This document shows, piece by piece, positions 13,159 through 25,949 of a stretch of 64,000 bases of DNA (its first letter is position 1; the number at the start of each line of letters is the position of its first letter). The notes beneath the pieces are model-generated. The model did no database searches. It saw nothing but the letters and a program-made list of their open reading frames with translations, and had not been told where the DNA came from. Location of the stretch: NCBI RefSeq assembly GCF_006345805.1, contig NC_042999.1, positions 164,238,001-164,302,000 on the forward strand, in the 5' to 3' direction. The DNA is from Octopus sinensis (lineage: Eukaryota). The position numbers were made by a program, and so were the translations under genes.

Positions 13159-13217
13159 TCCAGGATCAATTGATCTCGCTTTCTGTACGAAAAACATACT
13201 TAAGCTCATCAGCCGGA
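13159..13217 (-). ncRNA. Type I hammerhead ribozyme (PLE type) with GAAA>GAGA core change
   Basis: TCCGG CTGATGA GCTT-AA-GTATG TTTTT CGTAC-AGA-AAGC GAGA TCAATTGA TC CTGGA. All three stems pair, stem III is palindromic, AUC triplet. Confidence 0.75.
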
Positions 13218-14239
13218 CTTAATGTAACAACAACTATTTCTGAAATATTCCTCACATTACACTGTACTTATATAAGGTAAGTCTATTTCAGTTATGCTTG
13301 TTGCATTCACCATGTGCATGATAATAGTGAGTAATCCATGGCTTTAGAGTGATAGATCAGTTCATAACAAGTGGTATTTTAATACCCTACTGAATTTTGT
13401 ATATATATATATATGCACATACATATAAACAATATTATTAAGATTAATAATAATATCTTTGAAAATATATGTTAACACAACATTATCAAGGTAATCCAAA
13501 TTGATATCTGCTGGGATTTTTTAATCCCATTTTTCCAACTACGCTAGTAGTTGAATAATATTCTTAAGGCTGCAATTACTCACATGCAGCATACTTCAGA
13601 GCTTTGTCACTAATTCAGTTCTTAACCAAATTGAAAACTGTTAACAGTTTTGAAGAGGACTGGCCCCCTAGCTACATTTTGGCATTAAAAACTTGAGATT
13701 TGATCCAGTAGAAAAAAGTTTACATCAAAATTAATAGCAACGTTATAGGAGAGAAAGTAACACCTCCAATCAAGTTTAGACCTAAATAACTTTTTTATTT
13801 TAAAAGCAAAATATATTTATCTTAGCTTCAATGATAGAAGAAAGCATGAAGAATTTCATAGTTTTGTTCCTATGCAACAAGAATTTGTATCAAAAAAGTT
13901 ATGAGGTAAAATATCCTGAAAAAATATAAGTTAGGCAAAAAATTGGATTCAAGTATAATTAACTTTTTTATTTTAAAAACAAGCTATATTTTTATTAAGC
14001 TTAAATGATAGAGCTCAATTCAAGGAATTTCATGGTATCAATCTCTTGCAATGAAGTTTTAAAAGAAAAAGTTATGAGCGTTTCTTTCCCAAATTTGAGG
14101 GTGATAGTATAGTTCTATATTTTTTTATGAATATAGTTCTATAAGAGGACTTTTAATATATGTCAACGGCATCAATAAGGTAAGGGGAAAATTATCAACG
14201 ACACCATTAGCATAATAGCATAGCCTGGAAAAAACATGG

Positions 14240-15041
14240 ATTACATGGAAAAATGCGAGCAAGAGAAATAATATTCTTAAGATTATAAACCTGGAAAAAA
14301 TTGCAGAACAAGTTATTACGCTTGGAAAAGTTCAGGACAAGTTATTACATCTGGTAAAGTACAGAACAAGAAAATTTTTACTTAAAATATTGCAGCTAAG
14401 GATAAAATTTGAATTATAAAAAGTAACATTATAATTAAAATAGGTACTATCATTTTGCTAAAATATTGACACACTAGAATACTTAAAAAATGAGAGCCAG
14501 AAGTACCAATATAGCTAAAGTATTATTGCAAAGTAGAATAGTATATATGGTAGGCAAATTCATTATGTAAAAAATAGGCATTGGGTCAAGACTAAAAATG
14601 TGAAGACTTGGCAATATTTTAGGCAATAACTGAAGCAAATTTTTCTATGAATTATTTGTTATAGGTAGATTTTACTGTAATATATAACTAATGTTTGTAT
14701 TATTTTATTTATTGTACTAACTAAATATATATACTACTATTATTTCTTATAACCTATATTCAAATTTCTAATTATTAATTAATAATTTTTTTAAAAATGA
14801 ATTTTTTTAAAGTGCAAACAAATACAAGTAATAACTTGTAATAAAATTTTTAGTTTTAATAAAAGCCAATATTTTCTAAATCTGAATATTTTATCTGAAA
14901 TTTTATCCTTAACTGCAATATTTTAAGTAAAAATCTTTCTTGTTCTGTACTTTACCAGATGTAATAACTTGTCCTGTTTTTTTTTTTCAGGTTTATAATC
15001 ATAAGAATATCAATTCTCTTGCTGGCATTTTTCCATGTAAT
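14240..15041. mobile_element. Foldback/MITE with about 150-170 bp imperfect terminal inverted repeats
   Basis: attacatggaaaaatgc...ggataaaattt (14240-14410) is the reverse complement of aaattttatcc...gcatttttccatgtaat (about 14898-15041). AT-rich interior. Confidence 0.75.
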
Positions 15042-15665
15042 ATATATATATCATTAAGCAGAAGAGAGTGATAAGGACCACCTTTCCACACAAGACCCAT
15101 ATTCCACAGCAGAATTGTTGATGCTGCTCCCTGTGCTGAAGTGTATGCTTGTTCCATGTAAAAGCACCAGTGCTGGTGCCATGTAAAAATCTCCTGGCAT
15201 GCTCTGTAAAGTGGTTGGTATTAGGAAGGGCATCCAGCTATAGAAACCAAGCCAAATCAGACTCAAACCAACTGCAGCTCTTCTGCTTGCCAGCTCTGGT
15301 CAAACTTTCCAACCCATGCCAGCATGGAAAATTGATGTTAAAGGATGATGGTGATATACATACACACATACAAACACATAATGGGCTACTTTCAGATTCT
15401 ATCAACCAAATCTACTCAGAAGTCATTGGTTGGCCTAGGAATCTATTAGAAGAAACTTGCCCAAGGTGTCACATAGTGGAACTAAACCCAGAACCATTTG
15501 GTTAGAAAGCAAACTTCTTACAACACAGTCATGCCTGTGCCTAGTGTCTTGCCTCTACCCATGCTAATGCTCGGCTTACAAGAAGCTAATGCTGGATTCA
15601 AACTGTTATTTTGTTATTAGTAAAGAGAGGGACAGAAAACTGTCGCGAATATTGGTGTAAATATA

Positions 15666-15870
15666 AGGCAGTGAACCAGCTGAATCGTTAGTAGGCTGGG
15701 CAAAATGCTTTGTGGCATTTCTTCCATCGTTCTGAGTTCAAATTCTGCAGAGGCCCACTTTACCTCTCATTCTTTCGGGTCAATAAAATAAGTACCGGTT
15801 GAGCGCTGGAATTGATGTTGTAATTGATCTAACCCTCCCTGAACTTGCTGGCCTCATGCTAAAATTTGAA
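15666..15870 (+). mobile_element. tRNA-derived SINE with Nin/Deu-like central domain
   Basis: gagttcaaattc B-box followed by tcattctttcgggtcaataaaataagtacc. Sister copies at 43165-43375 (-), 52860-53075 (-) and 61953-62160 (+). Confidence 0.65.
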
Positions 15871-16539
15871 ACCTAAATTGGTCCAAGGTGGCAAGCTGTG
15901 AGGCTAAAGGCTAAGCATCATTTCCTCCCTAATTATGTTCTGAGATGATTAACAGAAATAATGCTGGAGCTCATTTCTACAGATGAGTGAACTGGAGCAA
16001 TGTGAAATAAAGTGTCTTGCTCAAGAACACAACACACAGCCTGGTTTGGGGATTGAACTCACTACCTCATGATTGTGAGCCCAATGCTCTAACCACTGAG
16101 CCATGCACCTTAACTTGTCAGAATCAGAACTACATTAAACTATATCACCATGTGTGCTACATTACATTGTAATAAATACATACTCATTCATACACTTTTC
16201 TGATACTTCATTTCATAACACTGCTTTACACAATACTATGTGACAATACACTTTGCAGTGTCACACTACATTGTATTGTGTAACACCATATTGTGTGTCA
16301 CACTTCCCTACACTTTGTGTCATACTCTGCTGCACTGCCATTTCACACTGGCCATTATATGCATATCAGGTAAATCCACTGTCATCGATTCATTGCACGG
16401 AAAGTTTACCATCATCAATTCACCTTTTTTTTTTCTTCAATAAAATAGTTTTTAACCATTAATAGTGAGTTGCTATGGAAATATTTTCTCAGTAAACTTT
16501 CCTTGCTGTGAACTTTCTTTGCGGTGAATTGATGGTGGA

Positions 16540-16843
16540 GAACTCATCTGTAATCCATTATATCCGTGGACATATTTACAAAGTAAGAAAACAGCACAGC
16601 TCCCATGACTTCAGGAAACATTTTTTCACACTGAGAGTTGCTGAAGCGTGGAACAAACTGCCGACATCGGTTGTTAGTTGTCGGAGAACTGCTTCCTTCA
16701 AGACTTCCATGCTTCCTGAGATTCGCCAACACTACACTTGATTTTCTCCCCTCCATACACCCAGACATTTCTACACTACTGCATGTACTTTATATGCACT
16801 TTCTGACAAGTTGTGGTGCACCTGAGCACTGTATACAATAATT

Positions 16844-16898
<55 letters not shown>
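16540..16898 (+). mobile_element. CR1-group LINE 3' end with (ATT)n tail
   Basis: IRGHIYKV...RKHFFTLRVAEAWNKLPTSVV...SFK is the canonical CR1 ORF2 C-terminus. Short 3' UTR then (ATT)n. Confidence 0.85.
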
Positions 16899-16900
<2 letters not shown>

Positions 16901-16959
16901 GTCCAGGAACTTCTTGTTTACCCTATTATACTACTCTATTCAATGAAGTGCCAAAACTT

Positions 16960-17151
16960 CCTACAAGAAGTAACAGCTAAATTCCCTTCAAATTATATCC
17001 TAGTGATCCAAAGAAGGACACATCGGCTAACGTAGTTTTAGTTACATAAAATCTGAATATATGACATAACTGGTATATCGTTAATCTTGGTGATAGATTG
17101 GTGATGACTGATCTGGGACTAAACAACCAAACTGCCAGCAATATTCACCAA

Positions 17152-17184
<33 letters not shown>

Positions 17185-18005
17185 CAACAAACAAAACAAA
17201 AGGAGCACCATCATAAGGGAGCTTAACCAGCTAAAAATAGCAGTATAATCCTCCTCAGATCACACCTTTCCATTTTAAATAATCAAAGGATACATCAGAT
17301 AATGTAGACCCAGAGTCACTTAAAAGAAATAGGATGGTCATGATTGGATTGGCCTTGATCGTAGGTCTGTACTGTTAAGGCTAACCTAGGCCAAACGACA
17401 AGGAGAGGCACAATTTAAATAATCCAATCTCGTAAATCTGACTTAACCTAAAACTAAAAGAATAACAACGACAATAGCTGACCATTCTATTTAGTTTCAG
17501 CTGTTGTGTATCTAGGACTACATTATCAAATGTGACTTCTCTTAATAACAGCAAAGAAGTGTGATTTGTGGAGATTAGGCTGCTGTTTCTAGCTGTTCAA
17601 TCAATCCTGTAGAGGCTCCTTTGTTGAGTCAGTAGTATCTACTGTATAGGTGGTGGCGCTGGAACAGGTTTTTGATATTGTTATTGTTGCTGTAGTTGTT
17701 GTTGTTACTGTTCATCATCAGCACTATCATTATCATTATACCATCATCATCATCATCATTGTCATTATCAACATCAGCAATGCCAACAATAAGAAGCCAA
17801 CAAAGGAACCTCAAGTGGTTGTTTGACATGCTAGAAATGACAACTAAATCTCAATCAAATCACAACTTGTCATGTAGGTAAAGGTAATGATACACTGAAC
17901 AAGGTGGTCCTGTATACTCCTAGAAAGATAGGATGGTCATGGCTAGAATGTCTTTAATCATAAATCTATTTCATGAAGCTTAGCCTAGAATAAACAACAA
18001 TAACA
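16960..18005. repeat. Cluster of four diverged copies of a roughly 180-bp dispersed repeat ending in (AAC)n
   Basis: aacagc.aaat..cctcaaatcacac...ggacacat...taatgtag...ggatggtcatg...ctaaacaac at about 16960 (+), 17230 (+), 17500-17600 (-) and 17830 (+). Another copy at 20160-20290 (-). Confidence 0.55.
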
Positions 18006-18045
18006 ACAATTATTATTAGTGTGCAACTAAACCTATAACAGATTG

Positions 18046-18370
18046 AAGGCACTTGGCTTAGTGGTTAGGGTATTTGGCTCACAATCAGAAGGTTGTGAGT
18101 TCAATTCTCCGTAACACATTGTGTCCTTGAGCAAGACACTTTATTTCACATTGCCCCAGTCTGCTCAGCTGGCAAAAATGAGAAGTACTTGTAATTCAAA
18201 ATCGCCAGGCTTGTCACATCTTGTGGCATGCTGAATCTCCCTAAAAACCACATTAAGGGTATGCATGTCTGTGGAGCGCTCAGCCACTTACACATTAACA
18301 TAAGCAGGCTGCTCCATTGATTGGGTTAACCGGAACCTTTGTTGTTGTAATCAATGGAGTGACAGTTACA
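18046..18370 (+). mobile_element. tRNA-derived SINE with V/Meta-like domain
   Basis: A-box tggcttagtgg, B-box gagttcaattc, then gtgtccttgagcaagacacttt...ctcagctggcaaaaatgag. Related copies at 26833-27150 and in the duplicated unit. Confidence 0.65.
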
Positions 18371-18929
18371 TCTACAACAATATTTGTTAGAACCGTATTG
18401 TTCTTCGATGTTTGTTAATTTTTACTAACAAGTGAATATATAAAATAACACAGAAAACAAACATTTCATGTTGAAAGGACTGAAAATTCTATTTAAAAGT
18501 TTTCTACTTCACTTATTGAAATGATAATAAAGACTATCTTGCTCTGGCTTGGCTTTCAAGAGGAAATACTAAGTAGACACATACAGTAACCGTGTGTGAG
18601 AGAGAGAGGCCACTTAGGAAACTGCTCACTCTTCTCATGACAGTTTAAAGAAGTGTTGTTGTTTTATGACTAAGTGTCCAACAGGAAGTTTTACAGCTAC
18701 TTCAATGTGGGGATATTAATTTTTCTTTCTAGAACATCTTAACTTATCTTGTGACAGATATTTATTATAAAAGGTTCTCACAGTAATAATGCAGTCAGTA
18801 TTATCGCTGGCTGCATACAGACATTTTAATCCATGAACATACAGAGATACCTAAGTATGCATGTGAGTGGGTGTGTGTATGCTCATGTGTGTGAATGTGA
18901 ATGTGAGTATGTGTGAGTGTGTGTGTCTG

Positions 18930-19081
18930 TATATACATACATACATACACACATACATACATACATACACACATACATACATAGATACATACATACATAC
19001 ATACATACATACACACATACATACATAGATACATACATACATACATAGATACATACATACATACACACATACATACATAGA

Positions 19082-19115
<34 letters not shown>

Positions 19116-19185
19116 CACACATACATACATAGATACATACATACATACATACATACATATACACACACATACATACATACATACA
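18930..19185. repeat. (ACAT)n microsatellite
   Basis: Direct reading. Source of the MYVC ORFs. Confidence 0.95.
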
Positions 19186-20552
19186 TCATCATCAATGTCC
19201 ACTTTTCCATGCTTGTAGACAGAATTTGTTTAGGCAGATTCTCTGTGGCTGGATGCCTTCACTGTTGTCAGCCCTCAGCTTTTCCCAGGCAAGCTAATGC
19301 TTCCCCATGGCCACACATGTTTCTCTTGGAAGACTAAAAAAGAAAGACATTACTTGTGTGAAGATGACGTTCCTTAATAATCACTGTATGATATATTTAT
19401 ATATATATCTACATATGTATACGGGGTGTCTCAGAATTTGCTATTTATTTCAGTAAAATCAGACAATTTTTTTAAAAACTCACTTTCATTTATGTTTATC
19501 ATGTTTAATATTTGTTAAAAGTGTATAAATTTTAAATTTTATTTATTATTTTATAATTTTTATAATTATTTTTATAATTTTATTTTCATTCCAGTTGGAT
19601 CCTGCTTATCTGTCCATGACAACTTTTTTTCAATTTGGCTGCAATCATTTTCCCTACCTCCATCCCCTTAAAGAATGCATTCAATTAGTAGTGCAGGAGA
19701 TAACTTCTGGAATGCTTCAAAATGTGTTTTGAAATGCTAAGGATAGATCTGAAATTTTCAGGGGTACAGGCAGAGCACGTGCTGAAAATCTTAATATATA
19801 AAACAGAGTTTCTGTGTGTGTGTGTGTGTGCGTGCGTGCACATGCGCATGCGTATGTTCCTTATTAATTCAAAAACTGAGTTGCTGATTTTGATGTATGA
19901 GGTATCAAAAGATTCAGTAATCTTTTGGTTACCAAATAAAGTATATTTTTGCACAACACCTCTTTTTTACTACAAAAATAACCTCAAAAACATGGTTGGG
20001 GTGCACAATTTTGCGGTCTTTAGCTAAGGGAGGCAACTCTGCATGAACAATCTTTGTCATAGACAAAGTTTAAAATACATGTTTAAAATACATGGAGTTT
20101 TAGCAGAGAATGAGACTTTGAAGATATACCATCAACTTTATAAGGTTTTATGTTTGTCTGTGGTTTGTTTAGCCCAGAGTTGTCTCTGATGTAGCAGACC
20201 CATCACATACTTTTTTTTCTTCTTACTGTAAATCTGTGTCTTTCTTTTGATGAAAGGGTGTATTTTAAGAGAGATTTGGCTGCTATTTGTAGTATATAGT
20301 ATTATTATATAGAGTGAAAGTTCAATACAAAGTTTTGAACCCATCTTGTGGTTAGTAATCTATTACTTTAAATTTGAAGCTATTAAGTCCTTAATATTAT
20401 TTTACTGGGCTTTTTTCCGACTGTTGCCATGATGGTGTATCACCTTCAAAAATTTAACTGACCTCAGATTGAAATCTGGCATTTATTTTATATCAGAAAT
20501 ATTAAATTTCTGAGTATCTCATAGAGACATGTACGGTGGTGGGGCGATAGAA

Positions 20553-20920
20553 GGTTTGTATACTGTCAATTTAACGTGACAGTAGGGGATTACACCACCG
20601 CTGTTTAGCCCTAGGAAGCATCGACGCTTCCTGATGGCTTTGACACATTTCCTGTGTCCTTATATATTTATGAAGGGGAGACAAACACCCCCAGCAGCCA
20701 GGCCTGCATCTAGACACGCATGTTTCAGGATCTTTGTCCATCATCGGTCTAGAGTAGCAGAAGCCTGCTTCGGCTGCTGGGGGTGTTTGTCTCCCCTTCG
20801 TAAATATATAAGGACACAGGAAAAAATGTGTCGAAGCCATCAGGAAGCGTCGATGCTTCCTAGGGCTAAACAGCGGTGGTGTAATCCCCTACTGTCACGT
20901 TGAATTGACAGTATACAACC
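20553..20920. mobile_element. Palindromic foldback element, about 148-bp arms and 72-bp spacer
   Basis: 20553-20699 is the reverse complement of 20772-20920 with 3 substitutions and 2 indels. ATTTATTTTATA direct repeat at 20481-20492 and 20921-20932. Confidence 0.9.
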
Positions 20921-21554
20921 ATTTATTTTATAGATCTCTGCTTGATGAACTTTGAGATATAGTGGGACACAATACTCGATCTAACAACAAATGTAAACAC
21001 ACACAGACATTAGGTGCAAGAATGACTGTGTGGTTGAGAAGTTTGCTTCCCAACCACATAGTTCCATGTTCAGTCCCTCTAAATACGGAACTATGAGTCT
21101 TCTACTATAGCCTTTGGCCAACCGCAGACTTGTGACTGAATTTGGTCGACAAGAACTGCAGCATTGTTCATCACAAAAAGAGTGGAAAACATGTTTATAA
21201 AGAAGAGATGTTTGCTCCATACTCCTTGTGTGCTGATTCTGCCCAGGAATGAATAATACAATGTGGCCGCAGGTCATAACACCTGGACAACGCCAGGGTG
21301 CATTGCTAGTCTTCAATAAAGTTTTAACGTAAGATTTATAAATCTATTTGTTTTGGTATCATTAATTAAGTAACAAACATAAAATTCTGTTAGTTTTTTA
21401 AAAATTTGCTTGATTTCATTGGAAGAGATAGATAATTCTGGGACATCCTGTACACACACACACACACACACACACAATGTTACCTACATTCACATAAGCA
21501 AAAAATGGTTACACATGAATGAATATGATTATGTGAAAGAGTACATAATACTCT

Positions 21555-21945
21555 GGAGTGGCTGTGTGGTAAGTAGCTTGCTTACGAACCACATGGTTCC
21601 GGGCTCAGTCCCACTGCATGGCACCTTGGGCAAGTGTCTCCTACTATAACCTTGGGCCGACCAAAGCCTTGTGAGTGGATTTGGTAGACGGAAACTGAAA
21701 GAAGCCTGTCGTATATATGTATATATATTTATGTGTGTGTGTATATATGTTTGTGTGTCTGTGTTTGTTCCCCCAACATTGCTTGACAACCGATGCTGGT
21801 GTGTTTATATCTCCGTAACTTAGCGGTTCGACAAAAGATACCGATAGAATAAGTACTAGGCTTACAAAGAATAAGTCTTGGGGTTGATTTGCTCGACTAA
21901 AGGCGGTGCTCCAGCATGACTGAAACAAGTAAAAGAGTAAAAGAG
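21555..21945 (+). mobile_element. Full-length tRNA-derived SINE (CORE-like CCTTGGGCAAGT, internal TA/TG tract)
   Basis: ggagtggctgtgtggtaag (A-box)...gggctcagtccc (B-box-like)...ccttgggcaagtg...tgactgaaacaagtaaaagag. Many copies in the window. Confidence 0.85.
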
Positions 21946-21961
21946 AGAGAGTAAACAGTAA

Positions 21962-22990
21962 TGTGAAGGTTGGCTGAAAAGTTCATAGACTGAGCAGGAT
22001 ACTCTTATTGAATGTGACTGAATGAAGTTTATTTTTCAACATAATTCCCCTGGCAATCCACACACTTCATCTATCAGTGATGCAGTGCTTAGATCTCATT
22101 GGTGAAGAACCTTTCATCCTGTTGGTCCAAAAACGTCATCAACAGCAGATATGGCTTTATCATCACTGTGATACTGGTTCCCAGCTAAGTGTTTTTTCCT
22201 GTTGAGGAACAGATAATAATCAGATTGAGCCAAATCAGAATAATAGAGAAGCTGATAAACCAGTTCAAAGACACAGTCATGCACAGCAACAGCCATTGAA
22301 AGCAAGGACTTTTGTGCTGGAGCATTGTCCGGATGAAATAAGAGCCCCTTTGTCAGTTTCCTTGGATGTTTGGTCATGAGAGCCTTTTGTAATTGTTTTA
22401 GCAAGTTAGCATGGTGCCCTCCACTGATGGTGTGGTCCTTTTGAAGTAGTCAATAAACCCAATGCCTTTTGCATCCCCCCAAAAAACTGAGGATATCACC
22501 TTCCCTGCAGATTTAATGACCAAATGACCCCTGGGCTTCTTTGGAGCAGGTGAAGAGCGGTGTTTTCCCTGTGTGGATAACCTCTTTTGTCTCTGGATCA
22601 AAGTGATGAAACCAACACTTATCCTGGTTAAAGAAACATTAAAGAAAACCAGCTGGTTTTCTTTAATCTGCCTGAAACAATGTCAGATTTCCTCATGATG
22701 TGATTGACCTGGTGCACTTTTGATCAGGTGTCACAAGAAGAGGTGACGGCCACTGAGCAGAAACCTTCATCATGCTAAGTTTGTTGTACAGATTATTCTC
22801 AACTCTCTCACAGAACATGCTAAAAGCATCCACTATTTGATTGTGGAGAAACATGATCAATGTTTTCGTCAGTGGTGGCAGTTGCAGGGTGTCTAAACCT
22901 TAGGTTATTTTCAAGACTCTCTCTTCTCCTCCTAAATTCAGCTACCCACTTTTGCACTGTTGACATAGCTGGGGTATCATCCCCTAATGA
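21962..22990 (-). mobile_element. Mariner transposase fossil (one TIR visible)
   Basis: ORFs 22114-22404 (FHPDNAPAQ, YYSDLAQSDYYLF) and 22398-22601 (KSAGKVISSVFW). TIR-like gaaggttggctgaaaagttc. Related fragment at about 24355-24475. Confidence 0.8.
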
Positions 22991-23160
22991 ATGTCCTGGC
23001 GGGGTCTTGTAGTGTGAATATATGTTTAGAAATGCTGCATGTATCTTATTAGAAGAATCCTTACAGAGAAGAAGAATAAATTTAGGAACTATATATTTAT
23101 TACATAAGATATATTTTAGTCACTGGTTGTCAATGAAACATAATCAAAATGTAGAAACTA

Positions 23161-23590
23161 ATTGAATGAAATAATCTATGCAAGAAAGTTCAGAAATGTA
23201 GAAATAACAGCTAAATAGAGATTTTTAGTAATGTGGCATAGAGAAATAGATAGACATAGCAACAACTTGAATGGCTCTGAATATAATCTTGCAAGAAGTG
23301 TTATAGATTCATCTCCCTTCAGTAAGTTTCTTGGAGATTATATTTCATGAGAAGTAATTCTTAATTATTCAAGAAGCTTCGTGTTTCTCTTGGAAGTTTC
23401 TAGGGTGTCTAGCGTTCCATTAATAAAAACAGTTTGCTTGCCCTGCTCTTTGCTTCTTTGTCAATTAGACTCAGAGCCATTCACACCGTTGCTATGTCCG
23501 TCTATTTCTCTTTGCCACATTACTAAAAATCACTATTTAGCTGTTATTTCTACATTTCTGAACCTTCTTGCATAGATTATTTCATTCAAC
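23161..23590. mobile_element. TA-flanked MITE with about 120-bp TIRs
   Basis: TA|attgaatgaaataatctatgcaag...atggctctga (23161-23280) versus tcagagccat...cttgcatagattatttcattcaac|TA (23471-23590). Confidence 0.85.
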
Positions 23591-24975
23591 TATTTTAGCT
23601 GCAGACAATAAACTACTACAGTCTAAACCCATTTTCTGCAGGTACTTGATAACACTACAATGCATAATTTCGTCAGTTTTCAAAAGAAGTCACTACTAGT
23701 TCCTTTGATCAGTCAGATGTCAGTTTACATGGAAAGAAAGAATGCAGTTATTAAATTATTTGAAATTATTGAAATTAACGCATGCAAAATTTCACAGCTT
23801 TAGCATCACTCCTTTATGGTCATCTTATGAACTTTTCATCCTACTCTCCTGCAGTTAGGAATAGTAAAATCATTTAAATACAAAGCTGTTTCATTACTCT
23901 AAGGTTTGCATCATTTCTTTTGATATGTAGAACACTACAAGAGCAAACTCATCTTCACAGGTTAAACTGTTACAGCACCTATTAAAAACACAAACTCCCA
24001 ATATAGTATACTACATGAATGAAATGATCTCTTATTACAAAATAGATGAATATGTCAATAAAATAAGCTAATAAACTCTGGTTTATTAAACGCATGTACC
24101 ACGCCAAAGCACAAACTCATTGTTATAGCATATTAACAATATTTCTGATCAACGTAAAGCAGCAAATTTTAATGTAAACATGAAATTTGTAAATTGAAAA
24201 CTTTATTACAAAGCAAAACAATACATGTAAAATAAACTGAAGATCACCATTAAACAATTCTAAATGCAGTGATGAGGATTTTTAACTGTTACATCATCCT
24301 TACTGAGAGCCAATGCTGTCCATTACAAACATGTCTTGATAGACTTTTGTAACTGCTTCAGCAAGTTAGCATAGTACCCACAATTGATGGTGTGGCCCTT
24401 TTGAAGATAGTCTATAAATGCTATGCCCTTTGCATCCCAAAACTGAGGCTCACCTTCCCTGGCCTTCTTTGGAGCAACAATGGGCTACTATCATCACTTC
24501 ATGCAGGAGGTAAGGCTGAGAAGATCTTTAAATGTTAGTGAAGCTGGGAACATCATTGTTTTAAGCGAAATAATGAAAAACTAATGAAAACAAATTAAAT
24601 TTCATGTGGCTGTGTGGTAAGAAGCTTGCTTCCCAACTATATGGATCTGGGTTCATTTCCACTGTGTGGCACCTTGGGCAGGTGTCTTGTAAAAAATTCA
24701 TTTATACTACAAGATCCTTTGAATGAATGACACATGAAATTAATAAATGCACATTATCCATTTGAAATAACAACTTTTGAATTCTTATTGGACTTTACAC
24801 ATCATGGACACCATTCTCCACAACACACTTCTTGGAGAATTGAACAACTTTAAACAGCCAACACATTTTTGCTTTCATATTTTCATTTTATACTTTCTGC
24901 ATTACATCTAATAAGAATAACTTCTTATAAAAATATGAACTCTACTAATTACTTCTATTGAAGCTCTTTTAACTC

Positions 24976-25023
24976 GTCTCTGATGATAGGATATCATTTA
25001 TTTCCCTGAAACAGCTGTAAGAC
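24976..25023 (+). ncRNA. Minimal type I hammerhead ribozyme (PLE type)
   Basis: GTCT CTGATGA T AGG..CCT GAAA CAGCTG TA AGAC. Intact core with one extra nt after A9, palindromic stem III, GUA triplet. Sits in a PLE-like 3' region (about 24690-25090). Confidence 0.8.
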
Positions 25024-25119
25024 CACCTTTCTATTTATAAATGCCCTAGGAATATCAAATTGCCTTGGCCTTGTTATCTTATTTCATTTAACACACACAC
25101 AAATATATATATATATATG

Positions 25120-25179
<60 letters not shown>

Positions 25180-25949
25180 GTGTGTGTGTGTGTGGTGTGT
25201 GGTGTGTGTGTGTGTGTGTGTGTGTGTATATCTGTGTGTATCTTCATGTTAGTGTTTGTCGCCCCCTCCACTGCTAGACAACCGGTGTTGGTGTGTTTAT
25301 GTTCCCATAAGTTAGCAGTTCAGCAAAAGAGACCAGCAGAATAGGTACCAGGCTTAAAAAAAAGAAAAAAAAAGAGTCAGCTAATTCAGCTAAAAATTCT
25401 TCAAGGCAATTCCCCAATATGACTGCAATCTAATGACTGAAACAAGTAAAAGATTTTTATAAAATTGTTTTCAATATAATATTTGAAGAAAACCTGTTTT
25501 CTATTTACCCAAACCCTGTACATCTCCCTATTCTCTGATCTGGTCACAGAGATATGGGTTGGACGGTTCGACCGGGGATCTGGGAAGCCAGAAGGCTGCA
25601 CCAGGCTCCAGTCTCGATCTGGCAGTGTTTCTACAGCTGGATGCCCTTCCTAACGGCAACCACTCCGTGAGTGTAGTGGGTGCTTTTTACGTGCCACCGG
25701 CACAGGTGCCAGGCGAGACTGGCTACAAATTACCAAGGAGATACTCAGAGCTAAGGAGAAAATAGATACTCAGCTTATTCAAGTTCCTAAATTAAGTGCT
25801 TTTGTTGAATACCTCTCTCTCTTTCTCTCCCTCTCCCCCCCTCTCTCTCTCTCTACTTGATTGCTATGGTACAGAGGACAGAGGTAGCTTGTTGAACATG
25901 CAGCTCAAATGATAAGTTTTATACCTGACATATGCAGTGCTCCATTATA

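Noticed and set aside
13164-13276. Coding exon on either strand
   Set aside because: Better explained by a complete hammerhead fold on the minus strand. No recognisable protein.
20605-20660. Hammerhead within the palindrome arm (CTGATGG)
   Set aside because: No GAAA strand, and no valid UH triplet once stem I is formed.
21555-21630. tRNA genes at SINE heads
   Set aside because: A/B boxes are present but there is no full cloverleaf, and each continues into a SINE body.
23676-23753. Terminal exon FSKEVTTSSFDQSDVSLHGKKECSY*
   Set aside because: Weak acceptor, no homology and no linked upstream exon. Indistinguishable from chance.
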